From: Oculina patagonica
Taxonomy: Eukaryota
Length of the DNA stretch: 64,000 bases
Direction: 5' to 3'
Assembly: GCF_052425735.1 (NCBI RefSeq)
Contig: NC_135769.1
Coordinates: forward strand, 23,312,001-23,376,000
Shown one piece after another: positions 25,201 to 38,051 of this stretch. Each line of letters begins with the position of its first letter. Positions within the stretch are counted from its first letter, which is position 1. Both the position numbers and the translations under genes were made by a program. The notes under the pieces are model-generated. The model did not search any database, was not told the DNA's origin, and was given only the letters and a program-made list of their open reading frames with translations.

Positions 25201-28200
25201 TTGTTGTGACAGTTGATGGAGTTGTTATTGGAAAACGTCTGGCGGAAGTCAGAAATCACTCACTCCTGCAGCCGCACTTTATGGACCTACCCAACATTAA
25301 CCCAGCTCTGATAACAGATGCAACAAGATCATCTAACGTTAACCAAAGTGAGCATGGTAGTGGCTCGGCTTTCAACAGTTTTGTTAACTCAATGGTTGAT
25401 CCATCAATTTCTTTTGAAACTGTTGACTGGCTGAAAAGCATCACCAAACTGCCAATTATTCTAAAGGGAATTTTGGCAGCTGATGATGCAAGGGAGGCCA
25501 TTGAACACGGAGTTGATGGAGTCATTGTTTCCAATACTGGAGGAAGACAGTTGGACTACACTCCTGCCACAGTAAGTATGCTAAGTATTTTTTTTTTTTC
25601 ACTGTTTGTCTGTCTTTTTGGAGAAACTTACCAGGACACTGGCAGGCTCTTTAGCAGGTATGCCATAATGTCGGTGAAGCCTCAATTGGGCGATTCCAGA
25701 AAATATCCGTACCATACCACGGACGGCTTCCATATTTTAGCCCCCCTTGCCTTCGGAAATTCCAAAATGCGTTATCCCCCCATGCCCTCGGAATTCCATA
25801 ATCATTATCCCCCCCTCCCGTTCAGATTTTTCATTTTTTCGTCAAGCTCTTTAGAATTCCCGTCAGGGTTCGCAAATACGCCCAATGTGGCGTATTTTAC
25901 ATCAAATTATTTCAAATGACTCGATCTGTACATGGAGACAGTCATTATGACTCAAGAGATTCTAGGATGAAAATGTAAAAAAAAATAAGACTTTTCTCCT
26001 TACCCTTGTTCACCAGATACAACCTACATTAACTTTACATTGCCCCAAACTGGTGCAGAACATTAAAATAAGAATATCGTGTGATGCACGTGTGTAAACT
26101 CGGAAGATAATACGATCGAGTGCATTGACATATCCGCCATCTTGAATTTGAGCCTTCAGGGTCAGCAGTCGCTCCCAACCCACGTGCTTCAAAATGGCAT
26201 CTCGAAGCGTAGCAAAAAAGTTTCCCACTCCACTGAATGGACTAAATATTTGTGGATCCGCTTTGACAAGAAAACAAAGAGCGAATGAAGAAGTTCAGGC
26301 TAGAACCCACATTTTAGCGATTTTCTTTTGTAAATGAACGCAAACACATGCCTGATCGATCGATACTTGTCTTGTATCCTGCTTCTGCGACGCGGTCGTC
26401 AGTTCGTGCTTTATTTGCGAATTGGTAGTCCACAAAATAAGCACTTTCAAGGAACACACTCTTGTTTTCTCCTCTGGAAATCCAAGATCTGGAACTTCCT
26501 CATGCCTTTGGAATTCCAATCGTAAGTATCCCCCCATGCCTTCGGAATTCCAGTTCAAAGAACCCCCCCTTGCCCTCGGATTTCCAAAAAGCCGTCCGTG
26601 GTATGGTACGGATATTTTCTGGAATTGCCCATTTTCCAAACTCAGGAATGGGGAAAAGTGTCAAATAAGGTGCCCTACCTGACTGTTGGCCAACAGTCGG
26701 CCGAAAAATGCCAAACAGTCTTTTTTATAATGTCACTTATCCAGCTTTGATCTCAGGTAACATTTCACTATTATAGCTGTCTGTCAGCAAGCTGTCGGTG
26801 ACCTGTTGGTAGACTGTCGGTGATACCGTAACACCCACTCTCAAATAAATGCCTCGTATCCAGTAAACGCCTCCCCTGAAGTGTAAGTTTGTATTAGACA
26901 CCCCCCTCTTATAAACACCCCATGTCTAATAGACGCCCCCTCCAAGAATCACCTCAAAAACCAGGAAAATGCTCCATGTAAAATCACGCAATAATTAAGT
27001 TAGTTTCTTGCTTGACTCAGGCATTGAAGAGGCCAACAACACCAACATGGTTGACCCCGATGACGATGAAAACAAACTATGAACGACATCTCTAGGCTTT
27101 GCATTAGCACAGATTAGATTAGTCTCCTACTCACAAACTCTCTTTTGTTTCTTACTCCTCTAGCAAACGACGCATCCTATTTACAGTTTTAAAATTAATA
27201 AACGCCTCTCTCTTATAAACACCCCATATCTATTTAACGCCTCCCCTAGGACCCCTAAAATTTAGACGCCCCGGGCATTTATTAGATCATGGTATGTCAG
27301 CCCACTGTTAGCTAACAACTTACCGGCAGACTTATAATAATGGGAACTCTTCTTTGTTCACAAAGCCAGAATGGTGGGCTATAGCTATACAATACCCTTT
27401 AAAATTTTAATTTTAGCGCTATATCAATTAGATTATTATTATTATTATTATTATTAAAAGTTAATGCTGTTACATCTATAGCATAGTAGCCCTCCAAATA
27501 ATGGTCTGCTAGCAACTATCAATGAGGCAATAATCCCTCAACATAACACTTTTTTATATAAGCATAATCTTATCATTGGGATTATATTAGTCTCCCTCGC
27601 AGCCATTTTTAGTGTCGTCACGCAAGGCTGTGGGAGGAGCTTGCGCGATGACACTAAAAACGGTTGCAAGGGAGACTAGGATTATATGCACTTATCAAGA
27701 AATTTATTTACCAAGTTAATATAATCGGTTTTTTTTGGTAGATTGATGTTCTACCAGAGGTTGTGGAGGCAGTTGCAGGAAAGGCTGAAGTGTATATTGA
27801 TGGCGGAATAAGAACAGGGACAGATGTGTTGAAAGCTTTGGCTCTGGGGGCACGAGCTGTTTTTATTGGTCGACCAGCCATCTGGGGACTTGCAACCAAG
27901 GTGCTTGTCACAGTTTATACTATAATAATAAAAATAAATAATAATAAATGGGAATTTGCAGTAGCACTTCCACAGAGTGGCTCTTCGTCCACTGTTCCCG
28001 ATTGAATTGAAATTTAGCAGTGTTGGTTTTTGTGGAGGGAGGAAAACCGGAGAACCCAGAGGAAAACCCTCGGAGCAAGGACATAAACCAACAACAAACT
28101 CTGTGAACCCACATATGACGCCGGGTCCGGGAATAGAACCCGGACCACATTGGTGGGAGGCAAGCGCTCTCACCACTGCACCATCCCTGCTCCCACTATT

Positions 28201-29877
28201 AATAACTGATGCTTCATGATGTAATACAAGCACTGTGAAGGTCCGATGGTAACAATTTCCCTCTTAACTTTCAAATTTAGTAGCCTTTTACTACAGTTTG
28301 CTTTTTTTGGAGGGTTGCACCTTTCAGGTGCAGGTTGCTACCTTTTGGGAAGCCAGAATGTGTCGTTCGATCTAGAAAGTATTTATACCCACTCCACATG
28401 TACAGGTCAATGAAAATTGCAAGGTATGGTGTTGGGGGTATCAAAAGTATATAAAGCTTAACTGGAATTTCCAGAGGGGCAGGGAGGTTCAATCCAAAAA
28501 GCCTTCCATGGGTTATAAGGTATATTTTCTGGAATGACACAATGTATCAATGCATAAGTTTGAGCAGCTAGTTTTCTTTTTTGTTCTTGATATAAATTAG
28601 TAAAAAAAACTTGCCTAATCAGATACTGAAAATATTGACATTAATAAACTTTTGCATAAAATAAATAATATTTATATAATATCAATTATTTTAGGCCATT
28701 CTGATTTTAAACATTTAATCATTTTATAGGGCGAGGAAGGCGTGTTTAAAGTCCTGGATATTCTTAAGGATGAATTTCAAACAGCAATGATGCTGTCAGG
28801 TATCCTAACTTGATGCTAACAGTAACAGTTTTGAGAGTTTAAGTCACACTAGTGGAGGGGGACAGGGGGAAGGAGACCAGGGGAAAAGGGGTGGAGGTGG
28901 GAGAAGAGAGGAACGGAAGCAGGATTCCTAAGGTGGCGGGAACCAGGGGAAAACGAGTAAATTTTCGCAACCTTTTGTTATATAAATTTTGCAATAAATA
29001 TGGGACAAAGAGAAGGGAACCACTACGGAAAGATACTGGAAGCAGGAGTAAAAGGTGCAGGAGGCGGAGGTTCAGACACCCCTGTCCCCCTCCACACATT
29101 AAATCTTTTTAAAATAAAGCCATTTTCCACATGTTTTCTCAAAATTGCTAGCCAACCATTTCACCTTCAGTGATCAAAAAAAAAAATTACATGATGGTGT
29201 AAAGTTAAAATAATGCTATATTGCACTGCATCCAAATAAAGCCTTTTGGAAAAAATTCAAACAAAGTGGCCATGTAATTTTTTTTCGCAATCGGAGTTCA
29301 AAATCACAGTCAGTGCACTTCTAACATAGTTGTGCATTATTGTGACAGCTATTTTGCACCTGGCTTTACTTTTCTTTCTCCCATTTGAAACAAACTCACT
29401 GAAGTCCCCCAGTCCTCCTCAGAACAAACTTGGTGGGGGCTAACCCTTCAGTGGTTGTCACCCCATTTTAAGTGGCTTTCATATCTTTGTACATTTTCTG
29501 TTGCATCCCTCCCCTTCCCCTCTTGCCCCCCATAACTCTTTTGCTGGAGCCCTATTCTCCCAGATCCCCACCCCCATACACTCCACAATTAACCAGGATT
29601 GGAACCTGCCAGAGTGACTTGTGCACCGTGAATTAGCTCAATTTCAAACAAAAAATACAGTTTGTACTATATGGGGCAATTCCAGTGAGCTTTTCGATTC
29701 TGACTGTAAGTGAGCAGCATTACTGCATTACCCTTTACCAGGAGAAAAAATCAGTTTGTACCACTGAGCTTTACACTCTTAACGTTGAATTTGTTTTTCT
29801 TTCTATCCCAAACAGGTTGTGCTTCTGTAACAGACATAAAACCATCCCTTGTCATGAGAAGTCCATCAAGACTGTAG
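22216..29877 (+). CDS. HAO1: FMN-dependent (S)-2-hydroxy-acid oxidase / glycolate oxidase-like (374 aa), PTS1 -SRL, catalytic His->Thr
   Basis: Exons 22216-22352, 24005-24156, 25027-25571, 27742-27900, 28730-28799, 29816-29877 total 1125 nt. Motifs [66 protein letters not shown]1 versus HAO2 orthology is not resolved. Confidence 0.92.
22699..22894. mobile_element. MITE (TA TSD)
   Basis: TA|CCTTATTATAGGAA ... TTCCTATAATAAGG|TA. Confidence 0.7.
23146..23406. mobile_element. Tc1/mariner-type MITE
   Basis: TIR CAGTAAAAACCCGCGTGTAAGAACCT; TA TSD. Confidence 0.88.
25688..26630. mobile_element. Harbinger-like MITE in HAO intron 3
   Basis: TIR GGGC(G/A)ATTCCAGAAAATATCCGTACCATACCACGGACGGCT; ATT TSD. 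Confidence 0.88.
27588..27678. mobile_element. short TAG-terminated MITE (Academ-like)
   Basis: TAGTCTCCCT...AGGGAGACTA palindrome; 9-bp TSD GGATTATAT. Confidence 0.8.
27921..28194 (-). mobile_element. tRNA-derived SINE
   Basis: Minus-strand head GGGAGCAGGGATGGTGCAGTGGTGAGAGCG...GGTTCTATTCCCGG carries A/B boxes; (ATT)n-like tail. Confidence 0.8.
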
Positions 29878-30256
29878 AATGTCAAAGTGTGAAATGTAGT
29901 GTTTTTCTTCAGTAATATCTTGTACTTAGTTTTCATAATCAGGCATTTACAAGTTGCAGTAAAAATGCAGTTTATAGAGTGTGACAGCTATTAAGGGCCA
30001 GTGCCTTGTAAGTCAACTTATGCTGAAGTGTAATTATAATGACTGCTTTCTAGTCATAAAGTCAGAATATTAATATAGTGTCTATAATGTTATCTACACC
30101 TTGCATTATTTTACAACTACCAGTATTATAATTACCATGCAGTTTCATCATGGTCTAAATTCTCAGATTACCCCCTCCCCCGGCCCACCCACCCTCTCAG
30201 GAACACTAGTGGTATCTTAGTGGCCTGCCCCCGCCAGTCTCATATCCAGACCATTT

Positions 30257-31792
30257 GAAGAGCTCCCGACAAGAACGTCGCCTAGACTTTCTGGCTAAAT
30301 CGAAAGTTATCAAAACAGCTCCAAATTGCGAATGCTGGTTTGTTTACGTGTGCTAAACACTGTCCTGTGTTGCATTTGGCTGGTCTTTTCTTCGTTTTTC
30401 AGAAATAATGTATGCAAAAAAGGCATTTTGCAACCTTACGTTCTCCCAGTCAGCTAGCAGTCTGAGTTTTCCAACGCATCACGTGTACATCTTTCCTTGC
30501 AGGGTTTTCTAAGCGTCTACGGAAGGCGAGAAACCATTTTACAAGCATGTCCTCGACTCGCTGCCTGCCATGTTTCTTGTTGATTTGAGTAGAATAGGAC
30601 TGGATACTGCATTGTGACGTAAGGTCACATGTTAGAGGCGGAAGAGTTTGAATTGAGCGAAATGGCGCCTTTGAAAGTAAAACGAAGAAGTTTATAGTTT
30701 TAGCTCAAGTGCGGCTGCCAGGTGGTTGAAGGACATCATTAAGTCTGAATACCCGTAAGTTTACAGCATCGCTCGAAGAACTGAGTGATGTTTCTGCCTT
30801 TGTTTTGTACAACAGCGCTGTTTAGCGCTTCGGAAAAAACGTTGCACAAACCAAGGTAGTTTTGAGCCTGGCCGCATAAAAAGCCTAAAACAAGAGGTTT
30901 CTTGCCGGGAACTTCGTCAACGCGAGTTTTGCAGGGTCCGCTTGGGTGCTGCCGCAACAAAGTTGCCGAGAAGTGACCTGGTTTTAGACTTAAAAAATTC
31001 TTTATAGGTTTCGCAGGGGACCTTCCCTCGCAAAATTTTTTTCTGTGCCTCATTAAATATTCATCAATCAATAAATCAATTAATCGATTCGTGCCTTAGT
31101 TTATCTTGTTTTCGCGGTATTTTGTAGATGTGTGATGATGTAAGGAGTGGAGATAGAAGTGAGATCAAGCCGGCGGCACTTAACTGAAAGCAAAACTAGT
31201 ATAATGTGACAACACGAGCAAACGTATTCAATCAACAATCAGTCTTTATTTCACTTTCACCTCAAATGACAGCTAACGGTAACAGATTACAATAGTCTTG
31301 CCCGAAACAACAAAAAGCAGCTAACCGCAAGCAGACTGCAGTGAAAGCTAGCCGCTTGAAACGCGAACGCTAACCCTAACCCTTAAACTTGGGTTTAGCT
31401 TTTTAACCCTAAATTTGAAATGAAACCCTAGCGTCAGACCCTAACCCTAACCCTTGGCGTTTAGGGTTAAGCTTTTTTCGCTAGGGTTAAGCTTAGGGGT
31501 TAGGGCTAGGCCTGTAATCCCAAAACTTTAGCTGGTTTCATTGTTTTGCGGAACAAAAGGTTTCCTTTAATTGTTTATCGTTTGTAAAAGAAAAGTCAAA
31601 GAGACGCCGCGCCAGCAAAAACCTTGTCTTTTTGCATGTGTAATTTTTCAAAAACGAACGAAAGACCAGCCAAATGAAACACAGGACAGTGTTTAGCACA
31701 CGTAAACAAACCAGCATTCGCAATTTGGAGCTGTTTTGATAACGTTCGATTTAGCCAGAAAGTCCAGGCGACGTTCTTGTCGGGAGCTCTTC
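30257..31792. mobile_element. non-autonomous DNA transposon with long TIRs (Sola1-like) carrying telomere-like repeats
   Basis: About 140-bp TIRs starting GAAGAGCTCCCGACAAGAACGTCGCC; ATTT on both flanks; TAACCC/TTAGGG units at 31370-31511. Confidence 0.82.
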
Positions 31793-32577
31793 ATTTGATC
31801 AGTGTACAAGAAAAGAAAATTTAAAAAAAAGATTTTGTCAAGTGTAAAGCAGAAACAAGGTGGCACAGTCAGGAAACAAGTCAGACAAGTATCAGCTTAA
31901 AGGGTTAACAACAAGATTACTTGCCCCAATCCAAACTCAACTGGACTTGATAAATAAATTCAGAGAAACAGTGGGAATGCAACAGTAGTTTTGACTATAA
32001 GCTTTCTGTAAATGTTAACACAAGATGAAATAAAGTATTTTTTCTCATAGCTGTAGATCAATTTACAGCACAAAGCGGCACATAATAATTGGCAACCAAA
32101 GGCCTGAAAGTACACACAGCTGGCTGTTGTTTCACAGGGTTTTTTTTGTTTTTTTGTTTTTTTGTTTTTTTTTTTTCTGGTTTGTTGTATACATTTCATC
32201 ATTGGTTGGTCAAGTCGAATATCGACTGGATGCAGTTGGTTTTTGTTCCTGAAATCCTACATGTGAATGGGAAAGTTAAAATTGTGCAAGGGGAGGTAAA
32301 CAAACAACTTGTTTTCACGCTGCAGCATGCTAGAAAAAGAGACTGCTTAAAATCCAAGCAGAACACTGCACCACCGTAAATGGATTGGAAGCTTGCAGGA
32401 CTGTTTCAGTTAATAAAATAGAGCTGTACCAGGCAAAAGCATTGACTTCCTATGGAACCATAACTGTGTCAAACTTCCTTCTCACGATGTGCACATTGAC
32501 TCCTTCCCGTAGTGAAACACACATCTTTCACTGACTGCAGGCTGGCTGGCTCCATTGTGATCTGTATTTTTATGATC

Positions 32578-35500
32578 TTAGGCCTTTTTCTCAAGAGGAG
32601 ATCTCTTGCAGTAATCCTATATGTGAATGAAGAAACAAACAAATTGAGTCATACAATTGCCCAAATTCTACTTGATAGCAAGCTTAAGGCTAAAAAGAAT
32701 CCCTTTAAAATCAGTTAGAAAACACACAGCATAAAATGCACAAATCTGATTTTGTTCTTTTGTGGTTGTATAATTATCTAGTATGCATTGGCATAAATGG
32801 AAAAACGATTCTATATTTTTAGCTTAAAAATGCCTTGAATTGTAAGTTTGGACCTTTGATTATGATAGTATCAAAAACAGTAAATTAAAATACTTGCACT
32901 ATTTCATGTGATTGATAGCCAACTTGGCTAATTGCTGTGTTGGCTGTTCACACTGTTTATTTCAGATTCTTGCAGTTGCCACATTTTAAGGTCAGTTGTC
33001 ATTAAAATTTACATGAAGTAAATAGTTCTGGCACACATATCATCATGATCATCATCATCATCATTATTATTTTAGAATAGTTAGCTACACTTTGTGTAAG
33101 CCGTGCGACGCGAGCGGTAAACGTTGCCAACGGCTGAGGCCTAAGCGGAGGCACAACGCGAATTCTAAATGGATGCAAGGACTGGACTTACATGAACTTT
33201 ATTGAAAACATAGAAAGCTACGTACAAAACAAAGATAACAAGTTTAAGACGGTAATAACAACGGTAATAAAAACGGTACTAAAAAAACGGGAATGAGTTA
33301 CATTCTGAACAACGGCACAAACAGAAATCTGCCAGAGGTCTAGCAAGCCCCTCTGGGGAGCTAACCTCCACGGCTAACTCAAATAAACTACCTACACAAA
33401 ACTACTTGTATTTATACCAAACTATAGCACACATTTGTCTATGTGACCGGAACTGGAAATTAACTATGTTATCACAATTACGTACAAGGGGATTAATCAA
33501 CGCCCTTGACCAAAGTCTAACTGATAACTAAAAGTGTTGACAACAGAAAACAGAAACATGACTGGTAAACCCACACACAGGATGTACCTAAAGGAACTGG
33601 GTGTTTACCCACTTAACCACTCCTACAGTGAAAGCAACAAAATCCTACACAATACTGAGTGATGCAAATCCTACAATTATGTGATCTGACCTCTAAAACA
33701 CTCTAAAAAAATAACGCAACGACTTTCTAGACGGTGAGAGTAAACTGATCTGCTCACGTCTGCAACATTGCATAACAGGTCACGGATAAAAATAAAACGA
33801 CAGTACAAGAAAACTATTTCTAAAATAGCTTAGAAAATTATTTAAAAACTTTGTTTAAAAACAAGCAAAGTGACACTGTCACATTTGGAGAAACCATTCT
33901 TTACCTGAAGGAAAACCTTTGCCAAGTTACTGAGTCTAGCATTGGAAGAGGTTGAAAATCTCTCCATACAGTCCACAACAGCCTCTGAAGTGATTTCTGA
34001 AAAGAAAAGAAAAAATTAAACAACAAAGTTAATTAATTGTCACCTGATGCACCATTAACCACTCAGAAAGATTATCCATTTGCTTCACCCAGGTTACCAG
34101 ATTAACCCTTGGAAACAATGAATGCAAATTAATTTTTGTCACTCAAACCTTTTCTCCATTCAATATTGTTTCAGAAGGTTGCTAATACTTGAGGGCATGG
34201 TTCTTGGTTGAAAACAATATTGAGGAGGGGGTGGCGGGGGGAAAGAATTGAAGATAGCATATATACCAGTACCCTTTAACCCCTTCACTACCACTATGAC
34301 ATACTGAGTACGTCACGATTTCTGTACTTCATGTGCCTATATGACATACTGAGAACGTCAATAACATGACGTGTTATGTAGCATCCCATCCCAACCCTCC
34401 AAGTTTATTTTTTTCCTTAGTGGCCATTTGGCCACCGACTGCTCAGGTTTGGTCGCCAGTGAAAAATTTTAGTCGCTAAATTAAGCTTACACTTTCAATC
34501 CTTCTTCTCAATTTTAGTCGCCAGGCTGGCGACTTTGATTCCAATTTAGTCGCCAGCTCCAAAATTTTAGTCGCCATGGCGACTAAAATGGTCTTAACTT
34601 GGAGGGTTGCATCCCGCGTTATGTAGCATCCCATCCAGGAGGATCAAGTAGCAGAACTCCTACATCATCATATGATTTAGCTGTAGTCACTAGCTTTATG
34701 CTGGAGAAACTGGAATAAATTCTGATGGTGGGCCTCTTTGGCCTGAGCTATCCTTAGCACAATTCTGGGAATTTTATCTCCCTGACCTTAAATATGTTCA
34801 ATGATTGATCAAATGGAAGAGTCAACATGTTGTTCGTGCAGCCAACTTCACTGACCTTGCTGTGTCTGTGGTGTTGTTAGGAACATCAGAGTTGTTATGG
34901 CTGATAACACAGTCTCCTCATTCGAACTAATGGGAGAATAAAATAATAAGATTTACAGTTCAAACATATATATATATATATGTATACAAAATAGGTAAAT
35001 TTACTCAGAATAACTAAAAAGATAATCGAGCTGAGAAAAAAATAAATAATACATGTATTCACAAATACAGGAGGTTGTTTGGCACTAAAGCATGATAAGT
35101 ATATAATAATTATTAAGTATGTAGGTTAAATAAAGCAATAAATAAAAAATAAAACATGAAAATAAATTAATAAATAATTGAATAAATAAATAAGCAAACA
35201 ATATGTACCAGTTGAAAACCCATAGACTGACAGTAATTTTGTAGGATTTCGAGTTTGACTTTGTATTTGAAGGTTTTAAGGGGGATGTGTTTAATGTTTT
35301 CGTCTAGATAACAAGACAAGAAGTCTGCATCCTAGAGTGTGCTTTACATCATGGATCAATTCAATCTTGTTTGAGATACCTCGATGTAGTGTCAGGGAAA
35401 TCAAAATAATAAATATAATCTTGAATGGCAATGTTGGAGGGCCAATACATGCATTTTTTAGAAACTAACAGCGCAGACTAGATGGTAACAAGACTTCTGT

Positions 35501-35698
35501 ACATCATTGCAAACCAAAGTACCTGGACAGACAGTTGATAACCAAGGAAATACCACCATTGTCAATAATGTGCTGTTTGTTTTCCTTATCTGTAAACAAA
35601 ATAAATTAGACGAATTATTGCGGTTTTCAATCATATGTGAACTCTGAAATTCATACCTCAACCAACAGTTAACACTTTTTGCTGCCATCAATCAATTT

Positions 35699-35734
<36 letters not shown>

Positions 35735-37825
35735 AGGTCAAAAGGTCATGTCTGTCAGTTTTGATTGGCAGATTTCAATCCATTATGTTTGCATGACATT
35801 GGCCGTCACCATAATTATGATTGGCAGCAGCAAAAAATGCAATCATAAGTTGGATTTTGATCTTCAGAGTCTGCATGTTTTTGAAAAGCAAACACAACTT
35901 GAGCAATATTTAGGGGTTTATTCACAGCACTTGGTTACTTACCCAGACTACAGTTAGATAATCCTCCAATTCCAAACTCTACAAACTTCTCATTTTCTTC
36001 TGTAAGCATATCTACATAATCACAAAAAGGAAAAAATTTACATTGAAACACTATGGCCTAGCAAACACATTAAACATTGATCTGCTCCCCGCTGACAAAT
36101 TAAACTATTTTGCTCAACATCATCCAATAATTGACAACTGCTTGGTTTCTATCAACAATTTGAAACAACAATCTTATCACAGTGATTCATTAATGAATTA
36201 CTGTGATAAAGAAAGAAAGAAGACAGGAAGGCCTTGAGCCAAGTGACCCTTAATGCCAGAGCTAATCCCGGTTTTGGTAGCATTAAGCAGCTAGGAATAC
36301 TTCTACTCCCCCCTGGATGGGATGCTAGTCCATCCCAGGGTACCTCCTATCATTATTTCGCTGGTACCAATTTTTACACCTGGGTGGAGAGAGGCACTCT
36401 GAGAGTAAAGTGTCTTGCCCAAGAACACTTGTAACACAGTGTCCCAGGCCAGGGCTCGACACTGACCGTTTAATCCGCATGCTTACTATTAGGCTGCCGT
36501 GTTTCCCACTGCAATAAGATCATTGTTTTTCTTATTGTCCTTGCACATTGAGAACTAACAAATAAATTATAATTATAATGATTGTCCTTACCCAGAAACA
36601 AGTCCACTACATTTAGCTTCCTGAAGTGTTCATAGTTGAAAGGATCATAGGCAAAGTTGGCAAGATTTGCAAGAATTTCTTCTTTAGCTCCTGAAACAAA
36701 AAATCACTGCAAGTACTGCCAGCTGATCTGACTCTGAGCTCAATTTTTATTATATGGAGCAATCTGTGTAATATAGTACTCCTAGTTTACCTTACAGAAA
36801 TTATAGAACTGTGCATAACTGAATGTGTGTGTGTGTGTGTGTGGGGGGGGGGGGGAGGGAGGGAATTCAATTTAGGCTTCATACATTTCCTTAAAGTTTT
36901 TGGCCTTTGTAACCCCTCCTATCCCCAGGGATTTCCAATCCCCTCTGTGGGGTGAGTATGGTTATCTTCTTGAGCCCCTGTCCCCCTCCACCTGAACTAT
37001 GAACAGGGCATGTTTGTGTGTGTTGGGAGGGAGGGGGTCACGAGGTCTGAACTTTGATGGATTCCACCCCTTACTTGGTGATTCCTGCCTCTTTGTACTA
37101 TTGTGATCACAAAGTGTTACAAAATGTTGTGATCTGTTTTTTTGAAAAATTAAATTTCACCTGGTCTCTGGTAGTGTAGCTAGCCTATCGTTGAGTCGAA
37201 ACTGTAGTTTTGAGGAAGTGTTACCCGGGCCAAACAAGGATGAAAGCTGATGAGAGTTCAAACTATCACTCTCCTTAGGCATGGAACTCTCATGCGCTCT
37301 CATCAACTTTGAACATGCTCAAATTTTTCAAATGAGTCAATGAGAGTTTGATGAACTCTCGTTCTCGTTTGGCCCGAGTTGGTAATAGTCGATGAGAGCT
37401 GACGTAAACTCTCATGAGAGTCAACTCTCATCAGCTCTCAACCTCGTTTGGCCAGGGCTTTATGCAGTGGAAGTGTCGCTGTAGACTTCTTTGGAAGTAC
37501 TAATTATAATATTTTTATATTTCATTTAATTTGGTTGCCATTTTCTTATTCCTAAATTATTCAGTTCCTTTAAGACTCAAGGACAGAAAAGCCCATTGAA
37601 ACTGTTCCCATTATTATTTGAAGTTAGTTTTGTTGGAAGTGCTACTGCATGCAGTCGTATCATTAATTTGCAAAATGGCGTCCTAAATTACTTGAATTGA
37701 ATAAAGCTTGAAATACCTTGTTTATCCGTATCCTGAAACTCTGTCACCAAGGCCTGTAAATATTCAAATCGCCCAAGATCATCCGGACCAGTTTTGCGGT
37801 CAATACGAGCTTGACAGGTGAACAT
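32578..37825 (-). CDS. ARMC7: armadillo repeat-containing protein 7 (181 aa)
   Basis: Exons 37825-37717, 36690-36592, 36011-35943, 35589-35523, 34926-34856, 33996-33905, 32616-32578 total 546 nt. Motifs [64 protein letters not shown]. Confidence 0.93.
33095..33883 (-). mobile_element. putative solo LTR in the last intron of ARMC7
   Basis: TGT...ACA ends flanked by TTTG (33091-33094 and 33884-33887). On the minus strand TATAAA (about 33411-33416) lies upstream of AATAAA (about 33197-33202). Confidence 0.65.
34392..34609. mobile_element. MITE with AGTCGCCA internal repeats
   Basis: CAACCCTCCAAGTT ... AACTTGGAGGGTTG TIRs; CATCC on both flanks. Confidence 0.7.
36232..36510 (-). mobile_element. 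SINE (same family as 39072-39385)
   Basis: Reverse complement of the core TTGGGCAAGACACTTTACTCTCA..GTGCCTCTCTCCACCCAGGTGTA. Confidence 0.8.
37226..37456. mobile_element. MITE with TGATGAGAG repeats
   Basis: GGCCAAAC.AGG.TGA.AGCTGATGAGAGTT inverted termini. Confidence 0.7.
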
Positions 37826-38015
37826 TTCAAGCAAAACCGCTTTGCTATATTCGACGTTTTTCTGCCTCGCTGTCCGTCATGATGTTTCTCTCCCCAGTAC
37901 CCACGCGGTACCCACGCAACCCTCCTTTTGGGGCGAAGCGAACAGATTGCGTGACTGCTTGTTTATTCTCGTGTTTTATAATTCACCACTTCGGCTTTAG
38001 ATTTCACGTGCAGTG

Positions 38016-38017
<2 letters not shown>

Positions 38018-38051
<34 letters not shown>

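Noticed and set aside
25572-25919. C-terminal part of the 289-aa ORF 25050-25919
   Set aside because: This is read-through into intron 3 and a MITE. The true exon ends at the GTAAGT donor at 25572.
38016-38047. Poly-His ORF (37879-38148)
   Set aside because: The (CAT)n run is the reverse-strand microsatellite tail of a LINE fragment.
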